A stretch of 64,000 nt of DNA from Dehalococcoidia bacterium (GTDB taxonomy: Bacteria; Chloroflexota; Dehalococcoidia; Lucifugimonadales; QGNO01), in the NCBI GenBank assembly GCA_965261445.1, contig CBDHCW010000010.1, forward strand, positions 183,995 through 247,994, read 5' to 3'. A program made the position numbers and the translations under genes. Within the stretch, counting starts at the first letter, position 1, and each line of letters opens with the position of its first letter. Of this stretch, positions 15,215 through 22,898 are shown in pieces. The notes beneath the pieces were generated by a model, which saw nothing but the letters and a program-made list of their open reading frames with translations, was not told the origin of the DNA and searched no databases.

Positions 15215-16911
15215 CAATCGTGCTGTTGTGCCAAGTAGCAGTCTTCTAACGGGGCCGCTGGTTGGACACCAAGGGCAATGGATAGCGGCCCAACACGTTG
15301 CCTCAGCTTTTCGGCGAGTTCCGCATCGGACTGGATCCGGGCAATGAGCGTCTGCTCATATAGGTTTCTTTTCTTAAAATCCAGTGCATGCGCGACTTCA
15401 GCAAGGACGCCACTCTCTCTGAGTGGATAACGGGCCAGCAGTTGGTCTAGGTCCCCGGCTTCCACTAGCTCTCTGAATGTCGCCAACTCTTCCTGGAAGG
15501 GAGATGTGACGGAGATTTTGATGTCTGTCTGGCCATCGTCCTTGATTGTCTCCCAGTTGGGAGCCTGCGAGACGATCCAATTCCTCACCACCTGCTCGCA
15601 GCGCCTGGCAGCCATCCTTTCGGCCAGTCCATCCTCTGCCAGGGCAGCGAAGGCCGCGTCTAGTGCTGGCTGCATCATGGAGCCTAACTCTCGTCCTAGC
15701 GACTCTTCCTGACGGCGGGCCACGGCATCCAGTGATTCGGAACAGTAGTAGAGCGACTCAACAGAGAAAGCATCGAGCACGAATACGCCACGATTGCGGA
15801 GGGTGTCCACTGCTTCTTGGTCTCGACCATCACCGTCAATCAATCCAAATGCCTCTACGTGGTGGAGGTGATATGAGCCTTGAATACCTTCAACGGCTCT
15901 CTGGACATCGGTGCTTCCGCCACTAGCCACGACGGAGACATCCGGAAACAGGGAGTTGTAGATCGGTGAGTCCAAGCTCGTCGCAGTCCCTTCAAGAAAG
16001 AGGACTTTGCGCCGCGAGCCCAAAATCGCCTGGCGTAACTCCTCTGGCATCTGGTCATTGGATTCGAGTAGGTCGATGTCCCAGGTGCTGGCCCTGTTGT
16101 TCTGCCATTCGCATGACCGAACCATTACGACTCCTGCAGCAGGGTTTGAGGCGGGTAGGGCCAGCTCATGCGTGGAAATGACGAACGTGCAGTCCGCGCG
16201 CCTGGCAAACACGGCCGCTAGGAAAGGGACGATTATGGATCGATGGAGGTGTCTCTCCGGTTCGTCAATCAGCAGTACGGTGCCGGGTTCGACGGTGAGC
16301 ACGGTCGCCCCAATTATTGCGGCGTTCCGTTCTCCATCTGACATCTGGGCGATACTGTAGGAAGCGTTCGCGTTTCGATGCTTCGCAATGATCTCCTCAT
16401 CGTTTGAGTTCTCCAGGGCAATTAAGAGTGTTCCCAAGGCCAGCAGGTCATTGAGTTCTGTGAATGCTGATACGGACTCTGCGGCGCGGTGTGCAGCCCC
16501 TTCCAAGTCCTTGCTGTCCACGAAACCCGTGATCGAACGTGCACGCGTGTTGTCCTTGGCTACTAGGTCGAAGAGTACCGCCGATTGCTTCCTCTCAGCG
16601 TTGTATTCTTGCCATAGAGACTCGTAGTTCCTCTCAGTGTCTGTATCCTCTTCCCCGAACTCTTTACGGCCTAGCGGAGTGAGGTCGAGGCTGCCAGAGC
16701 CTAGCCATGTTTGTCTGTGGGCTGAAATGCGCCGAATGTTCCGACCCTGGTGCGACGAAATGAGGTGTTGAATCAGGGCTGACTTTCCAGAACCATTAGG
16801 ACCCACTACAAAGAGGCATTCACCCCGGTTGAGGGATACGTGCAAGGGTTCCTGAGCAGTGCGAGGGATACCCCACTCCAAGCTTGGACCCAGATTGGCG
16901 GTTGTATCCAT
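15214..16911 (-). CDS. fused ABC-type ATPase / DUF4435 Toprim protein (OLD-family, PARIS AriA-AriB-like)
   Basis: The start is ATG 16911, with the SD GGGGGAGGA. The ATPase motifs are Walker A GPNGSGKS, signature-like MSDGERN, Walker B LLIDEPERHLH and ISTHE. The C-terminal half carries KVLFLEGTATSLD, VVASGGSTDV and FGLIDGDGRD (Toprim E...DxD). The ORF-track start at 17088 adds a non-protein-like N-terminus. Confidence 0.85.
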   Translation of the reverse strand: MDTTANLGPSLEWGIPRTAQEPLHVSLNRGECLFVVGPNGSGKSALIQHLISSHQGRNIRRISAHRQTWLGSGSLDLTPLGRKEFGEEDTDTERNYESLWQEYNAERKQSAVLFDLVAKDNTRARSITGFVDSKDLEGAAHRAAESVSAFTELNDLLALGTLLIALENSNDEEIIAKHRNANASYSIAQMSDGERNAAIIGATVLTVEPGTVLLIDEPERHLHRSIIVPFLAAVFARRADCTFVISTHELALPASNPAAGVVMVRSCEWQNNRASTWDIDLLESNDQMPEELRQAILGSRRKVLFLEGTATSLDSPIYNSLFPDVSVVASGGSTDVQRAVEGIQGSYHLHHVEAFGLIDGDGRDQEAVDTLRNRGVFVLDAFSVESLYYCSESLDAVARRQEESLGRELGSMMQPALDAAFAALAEDGLAERMAARRCEQVVRNWIVSQAPNWETIKDDGQTDIKISVTSPFQEELATFRELVEAGDLDQLLARYPLRESGVLAEVAHALDFKKRNLYEQTLIARIQSDAELAEKLRQRVGPLSIALGVQPAAPLEDCYLAQQHD

Positions 16912-17465
16912 AAGTCCTCCCCCTGCGTTGGAATGAGCCACTCTGCACCCGCCTTCGGCGAGGCCATTTCCGGGTGCCCTTGCATCATGTGTCCGAGCTG
17001 CTCGTCGGTGAGCCTGACCTCGTTTCCATGCGCGTCGGTGAAACGGCGCACGTCGGCCCCCATCACCAGATACCGTACCGTAAAGCATACCACGCTAGGG
17101 CATAGCAGCAGCTCGGCGGCGCTCTACAGCTTCCGATTCTGGGCTATCCTGGGAGTTGGGATTCAGGGGCATCTGGGGGAGAGTGTGTGTCAGCCGCCTG
17201 TCTGATTCTGGGCTCTCCAGGTGTATCAGCGCCGGCTCCAAGATTTGTCGGACACTGTCGCACAGTGGTCGGACAGATCTCCGAGCTAGAAGGCGATTTC
17301 AGGGTTTCAGGCACGAATGGGGTGAACTTGGCTCAGAAAAGACGCGCCAGGATTCCGATTCTACGGCGTTTTCGGGGGCCCCAGGCGCTCAGCACCAGCA
17401 GGGCAGCTCCACCGATGACGCGCCACAGTGAGGTGGCATAGATGAATAGGGCACTTCCTAGTGCC

Positions 17466-17756
17466 TCAGGGTGTCTCGGATGGCTCGTCCAAGAGGTTCT
17501 TGCTACGAAGAATCTCTATGTACGAGTTCCGATTTAACCTACAACTGATCGCTTCTTGCAATTGGTTGGCGTTCAACTTCAACTGTTGTCGGATGCTGTG
17601 AAACATCGGAAGGTCACCATTAGATTTGTAGGAGCGCCGTGTCCGGACGACCACCTTATCGTTAATAACGAGCCATGCAAGGAGGTCTTTGCTATTCCTA
17701 GTCTCGAAACCGAACTTGCTGACCAGACTGTCAAACTCATGCGCGGTTAGCGGCAT
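17466..17756 (-). CDS. YcfA/HicA-like small protein (toxin-like; catalytic His not evident)
   Basis: The ORF starts at the internal ATG (MPLTAHEFDSLVSKFGFETR...VVVRTRRSYKSNGDLP..IRQQLKL), which follows the HicA-like pattern. It overlaps the upstream gene by 20 nt. Confidence 0.4.
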   Translation of the reverse strand: MPLTAHEFDSLVSKFGFETRNSKDLLAWLVINDKVVVRTRRSYKSNGDLPMFHSIRQQLKLNANQLQEAISCRLNRNSYIEILRSKNLLDEPSETP

Positions 17757-18165
17757 AAGTTTTGCGGACCTTTCGAGAGAGTGTGCTCCAAACCTTTGCC
17801 AAGTCTGGCCCAAGCCGCTTCTGTTCAGATTCCAAGGTTCGATAGAGTTCTACAATAGCCGCTTGTAGATCCTTGATAGCCCCTGAGGGGTCGCTACCGA
17901 ATCCGAACTCGTTTAGTTCTGTTGCCTCGACTACGTATTGATTACCCTCTGTCATCTGTTTGACCTCAATGGCCTCAATGACTCGAAGACGCCTATCACG
18001 CAGATTACCCAGGGTAAATCTCTCCGGAACTACAGGTGCTTCTTTCACTGCGGCACCGACTTCTACTAGCGAGCCAACGAGTTCCTCCAATGGGAGAGGG
18101 TTCTTCAAAATAACGTCGCTCGACCTCTGCTCACCTAGTTGCTCTATTTTTGTCTCGGCTACCAT
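17737..18165 (-). CDS. hypothetical protein (antitoxin-like partner)
   Basis: The ATG at 18165 is preceded by the SD AAGGAGG. The C-terminal part (NQYVVEATELNEFGFGSDPSGAIKDLQAAIVELY) resembles HicB-type N-domains. Confidence 0.35.
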   Translation of the reverse strand: MVAETKIEQLGEQRSSDVILKNPLPLEELVGSLVEVGAAVKEAPVVPERFTLGNLRDRRLRVIEAIEVKQMTEGNQYVVEATELNEFGFGSDPSGAIKDLQAAIVELYRTLESEQKRLGPDLAKVWSTLSRKVRKTYAANRA

Positions 18166-18167
18166 CT

Positions 18168-18641
18168 TTAGCCTCCTTGCTGTTGAACTACCCTTATGGA
18201 TGTCGAGCCCAGAAACATAGAGTTTGCCCATATCTGGAACTCGTACATACCCTGAACAGGTATTGGTAAAGGCGGAAATGGAAGGTGTATTTCGAATGAA
18301 CCGTGGTTCCTTGCTGTCAATTCGCCTTCAGCATTTGCAAGAACTTGACCTGTAGCGACTTGGACATAACGAACGTCGAATCTGTAGTAACCTTCTGCAT
18401 CCACCATCTTAAGGTATAAAGAGATTGGCTGCTCTGCGGGGAACTTCCGTGCGTGCATCGTATCGAAGATACCAATGAGGCTATTCTTGCCCGTACTTCG
18501 ATCTGAGACGGCAGCATCACATACTAGAGCCGCCACCAAGAGCGGCACTACCTCACTGAGTGGTTGATCCTTAGCTTGCGACAAGACTACCCTCTTTTCA
18601 CCCAACCGACGACATCTTACTAACATTGTCGCAAATTTCAA
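18168..18641 (-). CDS. hypothetical protein
   Basis: The ORF is 157 codons and the start is uncertain. I recognised no motif. It is the first large gene of the three-gene module ending with the HicA-like ORF. Confidence 0.45.
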   Translation of the reverse strand: MKFATMLVRCRRLGEKRVVLSQAKDQPLSEVVPLLVAALVCDAAVSDRSTGKNSLIGIFDTMHARKFPAEQPISLYLKMVDAEGYYRFDVRYVQVATGQVLANAEGELTARNHGSFEIHLPFPPLPIPVQGMYEFQIWANSMFLGSTSIRVVQQQGG

Positions 18642-18722
18642 GCAGGTATTCGATCTACGACGGCCTTTATGCGGTCACCAGGCATAAGACGCTCTTGTTC
18701 TGACACTCCTGCTAGTCAACCC

Positions 18723-18890
18723 TCAAGACGGTGGACGGTTCAAGTGTGCTTGTGTGATTACTCCCCCATCGTCGTCTTCAAGCCTGCTTAGAATCTCCTG
18801 GATTCCGTTCTCCAGGTTAACCAAATGCCGGTCCACACTATCCAGCCGCTCATTTATTTGCTGGAATCGCTCATCCATTTCACGACTCAT
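18723..18890 (-). CDS. possible 55-aa coiled-coil protein
   Basis: It is below the ORF-track cutoff. The SD AGGAGG lies 5 nt before the ATG. The heptad-like sequence is MSREMDERFQQINERLDSVDRHLVNLENGIQEILSRLEDDD. Confidence 0.3.
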   Translation of the reverse strand: MSREMDERFQQINERLDSVDRHLVNLENGIQEILSRLEDDDGGVITQAHLNRPPS

Positions 18891-19110
18891 ATTTACCTCC
18901 TATGCCGCCGTATCTTCTTCTCTGTCCTGACCTCCGCCTGAATCGCTGATTCATGGAAGACCGCAGCCTTGATCCGTCGTCCTCACTGTTCATCACCAGT
19001 AAATTGTAGCAGAAGGGACGATTCTCTGATCCTGCTGGGGACCCTGTGAATTCGCCGCCTGCATCTTCACCATTGCGGCCACCATGCTCGCCGTCTTGGC
19101 GGCTGGCCAC

Positions 19111-19366
19111 AACCAGGGCGGCGGTGCTGAGGCGGCGTCTCATACGCTGCATCCACAGGCGCAAGGCGGTAGGGCCCTGACTCTCAGGCGGCGTTCGCGC
19201 AGCTCATCGCAGCTCCGGCAGCCACAAGAATCCTGCTTGTGCTGTGCAGACTTGGCCAGCTCATCGAGTGCCAGGAAGTATCCTTGAGCGGCGCGTTCGC
19301 ACGGCTCGCACTCGTCAACACCACAGGGAAATTCATGCTTGTTGGCCATAGGTCACTCTCCTGGCT
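19111..19366. repeat. copy B of the ~255-bp direct repeat (carries Cys-rich ORF B plus its RBS)
   Basis: See 13912-14167. Confidence 0.85.
19140..19349 (-). CDS. Cys-rich small protein, paralog B
   Basis: It is 69 aa and 64/69 identical to paralog A, with all 9 Cys conserved. Confidence 0.6.
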   Translation of the reverse strand: MANKHEFPCGVDECEPCERAAQGYFLALDELAKSAQHKQDSCGCRSCDELRERRLRVRALPPCACGCSV

Positions 19367-19571
19367 AGTATTGCTTGAGTATCGAACGAACGGCGGCGCG
19401 GACTGCTGCGCATGGACTGCATCCACAAGGCTGGGCGTGTCCATTGCCAACAACGGCTCGGACCTCACTGTAGGCTTTCTCCTTGCCTGTAGCGTAGCCG
19501 TCCCCGTAGTCGAAACAGCGCTGGCAACTCGCATCCTGGCAGCTGGCAAAGTCGTGGCTCTCATTCGTCAT
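19365..19571 (-). CDS. Cys-rich small protein, paralog C (lacks the C-terminal CxCxC tail)
   Basis: It is 68 aa. It shares HDF..C-x4-C-x2-C and C-x-C-x2-C with paralogs A and B. It sits 15 nt upstream of paralog B. Confidence 0.55.
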   Translation of the reverse strand: MTNESHDFASCQDASCQRCFDYGDGYATGKEKAYSEVRAVVGNGHAQPCGCSPCAAVRAAVRSILKQY

Positions 19572-19577
19572 GATTCG

Positions 19578-19748
19578 TCACCCACTGCATTGATCTCTGC
19601 ACACGAACACGCGGGCGGGCTGTCCCTCCTGGCGCAAGCGCCGGACGGCGATATAAGCGCCGGTCCGATAGGTGAAGACCTGCGGCATGCGTTTCAGGGT
19701 GTCCCCGTCTCGATACTCCCAGACGTGCCAGTGCATGCTGGGGATCAT
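19578..19748 (-). CDS. small HxH...CxnC protein (family member P2)
   Basis: It is 56 aa, below the ORF-track cutoff: MIPSMHWHVWEYRDGDTLKRMPQVFTYRTGAYIAVRRLRQEGQPARVFVCRDQCSG. It ends 6 nt before paralog C. Confidence 0.4.
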   Translation of the reverse strand: MIPSMHWHVWEYRDGDTLKRMPQVFTYRTGAYIAVRRLRQEGQPARVFVCRDQCSG

Positions 19749-19764
19749 AACGCTCCGGCCGAAC

Positions 19765-19796
19765 CTAGCGCAATTGTACTATAGCGCAGTTGTACT
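19765..19796. promoter_or_regulatory. 16-bp tandem direct repeat (C/A)TAGCGCA(A/G)TTGTACT x2 upstream of the small-ORF operon
   Basis: This was read directly; 14/16 positions are identical. It lies 17-48 nt upstream of the ATG at 19748 on the minus strand. Confidence 0.35.
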
Positions 19797-19839
19797 ACTG
19801 TTTTCTCTCATCACCCCTTGGCTCCAGCTCACTCCCAGG

Positions 19840-20097
19840 CTATGATCCTGCCAACCGATCTCCCCCAGAGAAAGGCCAGCCAGGGCGCTCGTTGACTTGT
19901 CCGAGCACCCTGGCGCTCATAAGAGCGATTGAAGCGCCCTCAACCAGGGCGCTCATCCTCGCCATCCTCATCCTCGCCATCAGTAGCGGCTGCTCAAAGT
20001 CCAGGAACTCGGCGGCAACTTTGCCGGATTTAGTAAATTTACTAATTTCGGCAAAGTCCTTCTCCCAATCCGTGATTGTTTGTCTCGCCACCCCCAC
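19840..20097 (-). pseudogene. HTH gene remnant
   Basis: The in-frame sequence AFHTQEQIAEDVGVARQTITDWEKDF is an HTH. The frame is closed by a TGA just upstream with no ATG. The tail is low-complexity and encoded by short tandem repeats (19954-19981). Confidence 0.3.
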
Positions 20098-20275
20098 ATC
20101 CTCGGCGATCTGCTCCTGCGTATGGAATGCCAGCCAAAGTCACCGTTCCTATGCCTTTAGTGTCATTTCCATGGAACTCGGCGGTCTACTCCACGCCTGA
20201 GCTCGCAGGCTGGGATGGTGAAAGCGTCACTGTTCTACTCAAACAGTGGCAGCCCTGTCGTTGCCTGTCAGCCCT

Positions 20276-20974
20276 CTAGAGTGCATAGAATAGAATGCTC
20301 TCGAGGTCTCTGTCGTCGTTGTCGTCCCCAGCGATTTCGGCACGTGTCCAGGTTTCCCCGTAGCGCGCCCACACCTTTCGGTCGGGGTCGGGGGGAGGCA
20401 GTGGGAGAAGACCATCGTAATCGTTCCACACCCTCTCAATGCTCTTGTAACCGAGATCCACCACCTTAGCGACCGCATCACAAGCAGAATATTCTGGTTC
20501 AGTCGCACTGTTACGAGTTGGATTTATGCCTACCTTAGCACGAAGGAAACCCACCATTGCGCCCAACAAAGAGTCCCTCCAGGCAGTGGAGTGGCCCTTT
20601 GCCGGATTGCCTTCTATCTGATCGGCCACCAACCACTGCGCTAGAAAGTCCGGGACTTTCCCTTCCCGTCGCAGATAGCGGGCGATCGCCCACAATACAT
20701 CCCTCACTCTCTTATTGTTCTCAGACTCGGCAATCTTCCGGTCCAGCCATGCGTGGCCAAACCTCAGCTTATCCCAGACATTCTTGTATTCCTCCGGCCA
20801 GTCTTCCCCATTCAACAGCCATGGGGAGGCTGAGCGCTTGTAATCATTCAGGAGAATATCAACATGATTGTCGATCCACCCAACGCCGAATGCAGAATCG
20901 AGTATCCGTTTCAACTCTTTAGCGAGGCGCTCGGCCTCTTCGTATTGTTCCTCCCTATTCAACATTGCCCCCAC
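20276..20974 (-). CDS. hypothetical protein
   Basis: The ORF is 232 codons and overlaps the integrase stop by 20 nt. I recognised no motif. Confidence 0.55.
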   Translation of the reverse strand: MGAMLNREEQYEEAERLAKELKRILDSAFGVGWIDNHVDILLNDYKRSASPWLLNGEDWPEEYKNVWDKLRFGHAWLDRKIAESENNKRVRDVLWAIARYLRREGKVPDFLAQWLVADQIEGNPAKGHSTAWRDSLLGAMVGFLRAKVGINPTRNSATEPEYSACDAVAKVVDLGYKSIERVWNDYDGLLPLPPPDPDRKVWARYGETWTRAEIAGDDNDDRDLESILFYAL

Positions 20975-22142
20975 AAAATGTTGCCCACTCTTGCATGAGG
21001 CCCCGCCGCCGCTCGAAGAGGTCGGTGCGCGCGTAGGCCGACTCCAGGTTGTTGCCCAGGTTGTGTGCTAGCGCCGCCTCGCTGACCGCCCAGGGGTAGG
21101 ACGTCTCGGATAGCGTCCAGTCCTTGAATGAAGACCGGAAACCATGAGGTACAGCGGGAATCTCCAACCGCTTTAGCATTCTGGTAAATGCCATGTCAGA
21201 AAGCGGTCTTCCCGTCCGGGGACTAGGGAAAACAAGGTTGCCCTCTTTGCGGAGGGATTTGGCCTGCTTCAATATGGCAACCGCTCGATCCGACAGGGGG
21301 ACCCGGTGCTCGCGTCGCTTCTTCATACGCTCGGCGGGTACAGTCCAGGTATCCCCCCATACCTCATCCCAGATCATGTCGCGAGCCTCACCCGACCGCG
21401 CAGCTGTCAGCACCAGGAATTCAAAAGCCAGGCGGGTGAACTTGTCGGCGGTGGAATTGCGTACTAGGTTCAAGACAGCTGGTACCTCGCTATAGTCGTC
21501 AACGGCGGGGTGATGACGCTTCAATCGAGGCCGGCGAGGCAATGCCTTTGCAACGGCGGATACAGGATTGTCCTGCCTCATGTTGGAGGCTATCGCGTAG
21601 TCAAACACCACTTCCGCCCTTTGCTTGACCCTGGTAGCCGTCTCCGGTATTTCGTTCCATATGGGCGATAGCATGCCTAGAATGTCGCCACTCGAAATGC
21701 GCTCGATCTGCATAGCTCCGATAGCGGGGAATGCGTGGTTGGTAAGGGATTCCGTCCATTGTGTAGCATGGCGCTCACTCGACCACGTAGGCCTGCGCAA
21801 CTCGATGACCCGCTCGGCTACCTCTCGGAAGGTAGGCTTGCTGGCGTAGGCTTGCTGGGCAGCTCTCTTAGCAGTTGCTCTTTCCTTTGATCCCGTCGGT
21901 TTATACCCTTCCTCGATCTCCGCCCTGCATTCAGCGGCCTTTGCCCTTGCCTCCTTCACCCCCACCGACGGATAGCTCCCCAGCCCAACATTGGCAGGCT
22001 TGCCGTTGAACATGTACCGGAGCACCCAGCTACGGCGTCCGCCCTTGCCTACCCTGAGGGTTAGGCCGTTGCCGTCATTGTGGGTTCCAGGCCCGGCATG
22101 GCGAATCGCTCGATCTGTCAGCAATTTATCCTGGACCGGCAT
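20955..22142 (-). CDS. int: tyrosine recombinase / integrase with N-terminal arm-binding (DUF4102-like) domain
   Basis: The N-terminus reads LTDRAIRHAGPG..GLTLRVGKGGRRSWVLRY. The catalytic residues are in LTAARSGEAR, HGFRSSFKDW and LAHNLGNNLESAYAR. The likely start is MPVQDKL at 22142; the ORF-track start is 22217. Confidence 0.9.
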   Translation of the reverse strand: MPVQDKLLTDRAIRHAGPGTHNDGNGLTLRVGKGGRRSWVLRYMFNGKPANVGLGSYPSVGVKEARAKAAECRAEIEEGYKPTGSKERATAKRAAQQAYASKPTFREVAERVIELRRPTWSSERHATQWTESLTNHAFPAIGAMQIERISSGDILGMLSPIWNEIPETATRVKQRAEVVFDYAIASNMRQDNPVSAVAKALPRRPRLKRHHPAVDDYSEVPAVLNLVRNSTADKFTRLAFEFLVLTAARSGEARDMIWDEVWGDTWTVPAERMKKRREHRVPLSDRAVAILKQAKSLRKEGNLVFPSPRTGRPLSDMAFTRMLKRLEIPAVPHGFRSSFKDWTLSETSYPWAVSEAALAHNLGNNLESAYARTDLFERRRGLMQEWATFCGGNVE

Positions 22143-22154
22143 CTGCGAACCCCC

Positions 22155-22186
22155 ATTTTGTACATTTATTTTGTACATTTTGTACA
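22155..22186. promoter_or_regulatory. three direct ATTTTGTACA repeats upstream of int
   Basis: The copies are at 22155-22164, 22168-22177 and 22177-22186. Each contains the palindromic hexamer TGTACA. They lie 13-44 nt upstream of the int ATG. Confidence 0.35.
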
Positions 22187-22300
22187 AGATTATGGGAGTA
22201 TCGAGCGGAATTGTCAAGACGTCAGAAGCCTCTATTCTGTGTCTACGTTAGCCTTGCACGTGTCCAATTCTGAGGAATGCAAGGCCATATAATTGCGGGA

Positions 22301-22421
22301 GTCTTTCTCCCTAGAACAGTGTGATGAAGGCGGAGACTATGATAGCCCTGTAAGGAGCTGTAGTCGAGGGAGAGGGTTCATCCGTGCTGCTAAAGAGAGG
22401 TGAGGTCGCTATGCAGCTACA
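22301..22421. repeat. 121-bp direct repeat, copy 1 (candidate att site next to int)
   Basis: It aligns with 26499-26618, differing by 4 substitutions and 1 indel. Confidence 0.85.
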
Positions 22422-22664
22422 GCAAGGAACAGCATAGCCAACAGGAGGGCAAACTTAATTTGCTGAGTGATCATGGTCGACCTCCTCATCGTGACTGAAT
22501 CGTGACTGATAGAGCGCCATGACGGCGGCGACGGCGTACGCCTGCGGCTCGCAGTAGCTACTCGGGTCATCATAGCTCATGACCGAGTGCGTTGTGTTGA
22601 TCGGCTGTTTGATTGAACGAGAGCCTCAACCAGTGTCCGTCTCATTGCGCTCGCAAATGCACAA

Positions 22665-22871
22665 TTAGTCCCGGGGACCGCCCAGGCGGTTGGAAAAAAA
22701 CTGTGCCAGGAATACGTTAACCACTCGCATTTCGCCCGCGGCATACTTGCCGATTAGCCAGCCTACGGCGGTGAGAAGCAGAACGATGAAGGCTTCCAGG
22801 GGGCCAAAGGCCACGACTATCACCCCGACCAGCAGCCCGCCTATTGTGAAGATTAACTTGGTGTTGAACAT
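22665..22871 (-). CDS. small integral membrane protein (DUF2273-like)
   Basis: It is a 68-aa two-TM protein (GGLLVGVIVVAFGPLEAFIVLLLTAVGWLIGKY). It sits in an asp23-type operon. Confidence 0.6.
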   Translation of the reverse strand: MFNTKLIFTIGGLLVGVIVVAFGPLEAFIVLLLTAVGWLIGKYAAGEMRVVNVFLAQFFSNRLGGPRD

Positions 22872-22898
22872 ATAACAGACCTGCTCCTTCAGGTAAGC

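Noticed and set aside
15214-17088. The ORF-track start at 17088 for the ATPase (624 aa).
   Set aside because: The first 59 codons (GDGGRRAPFHRRAWKRGQAHRRAARTH..) are not protein-like. A strong RBS precedes the ATG at 16911, where the conserved ATPase sequence begins.
19239-19784. A 181-aa plus-strand ORF.
   Set aside because: It runs antisense across three short minus-strand ORFs. Those ORFs have RBSs, conserved Cys patterns and (for paralog B) purifying-selection-like substitution patterns.
19954-19981. Short tandem repeats (catcctcgc-type at 19954-19981, and the 12-mers at 57133-57156) as possible CRISPR or VNTR arrays.
   Set aside because: There are only 2-3 units, each under 16 bp, with no spacers and no cas genes nearby.
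22301-22421. The 121-bp repeat as a tRNA, tmRNA or other known RNA gene, which is the usual target of this integrase class.
   Set aside because: I looked for a T-loop (GGTTCGAnnCC with flanking 5-bp stems), a CCA end and a cloverleaf. I found only GGGTTCATCC without complementary arms and no recognisable conserved RNA motif. An unknown sRNA cannot be excluded.
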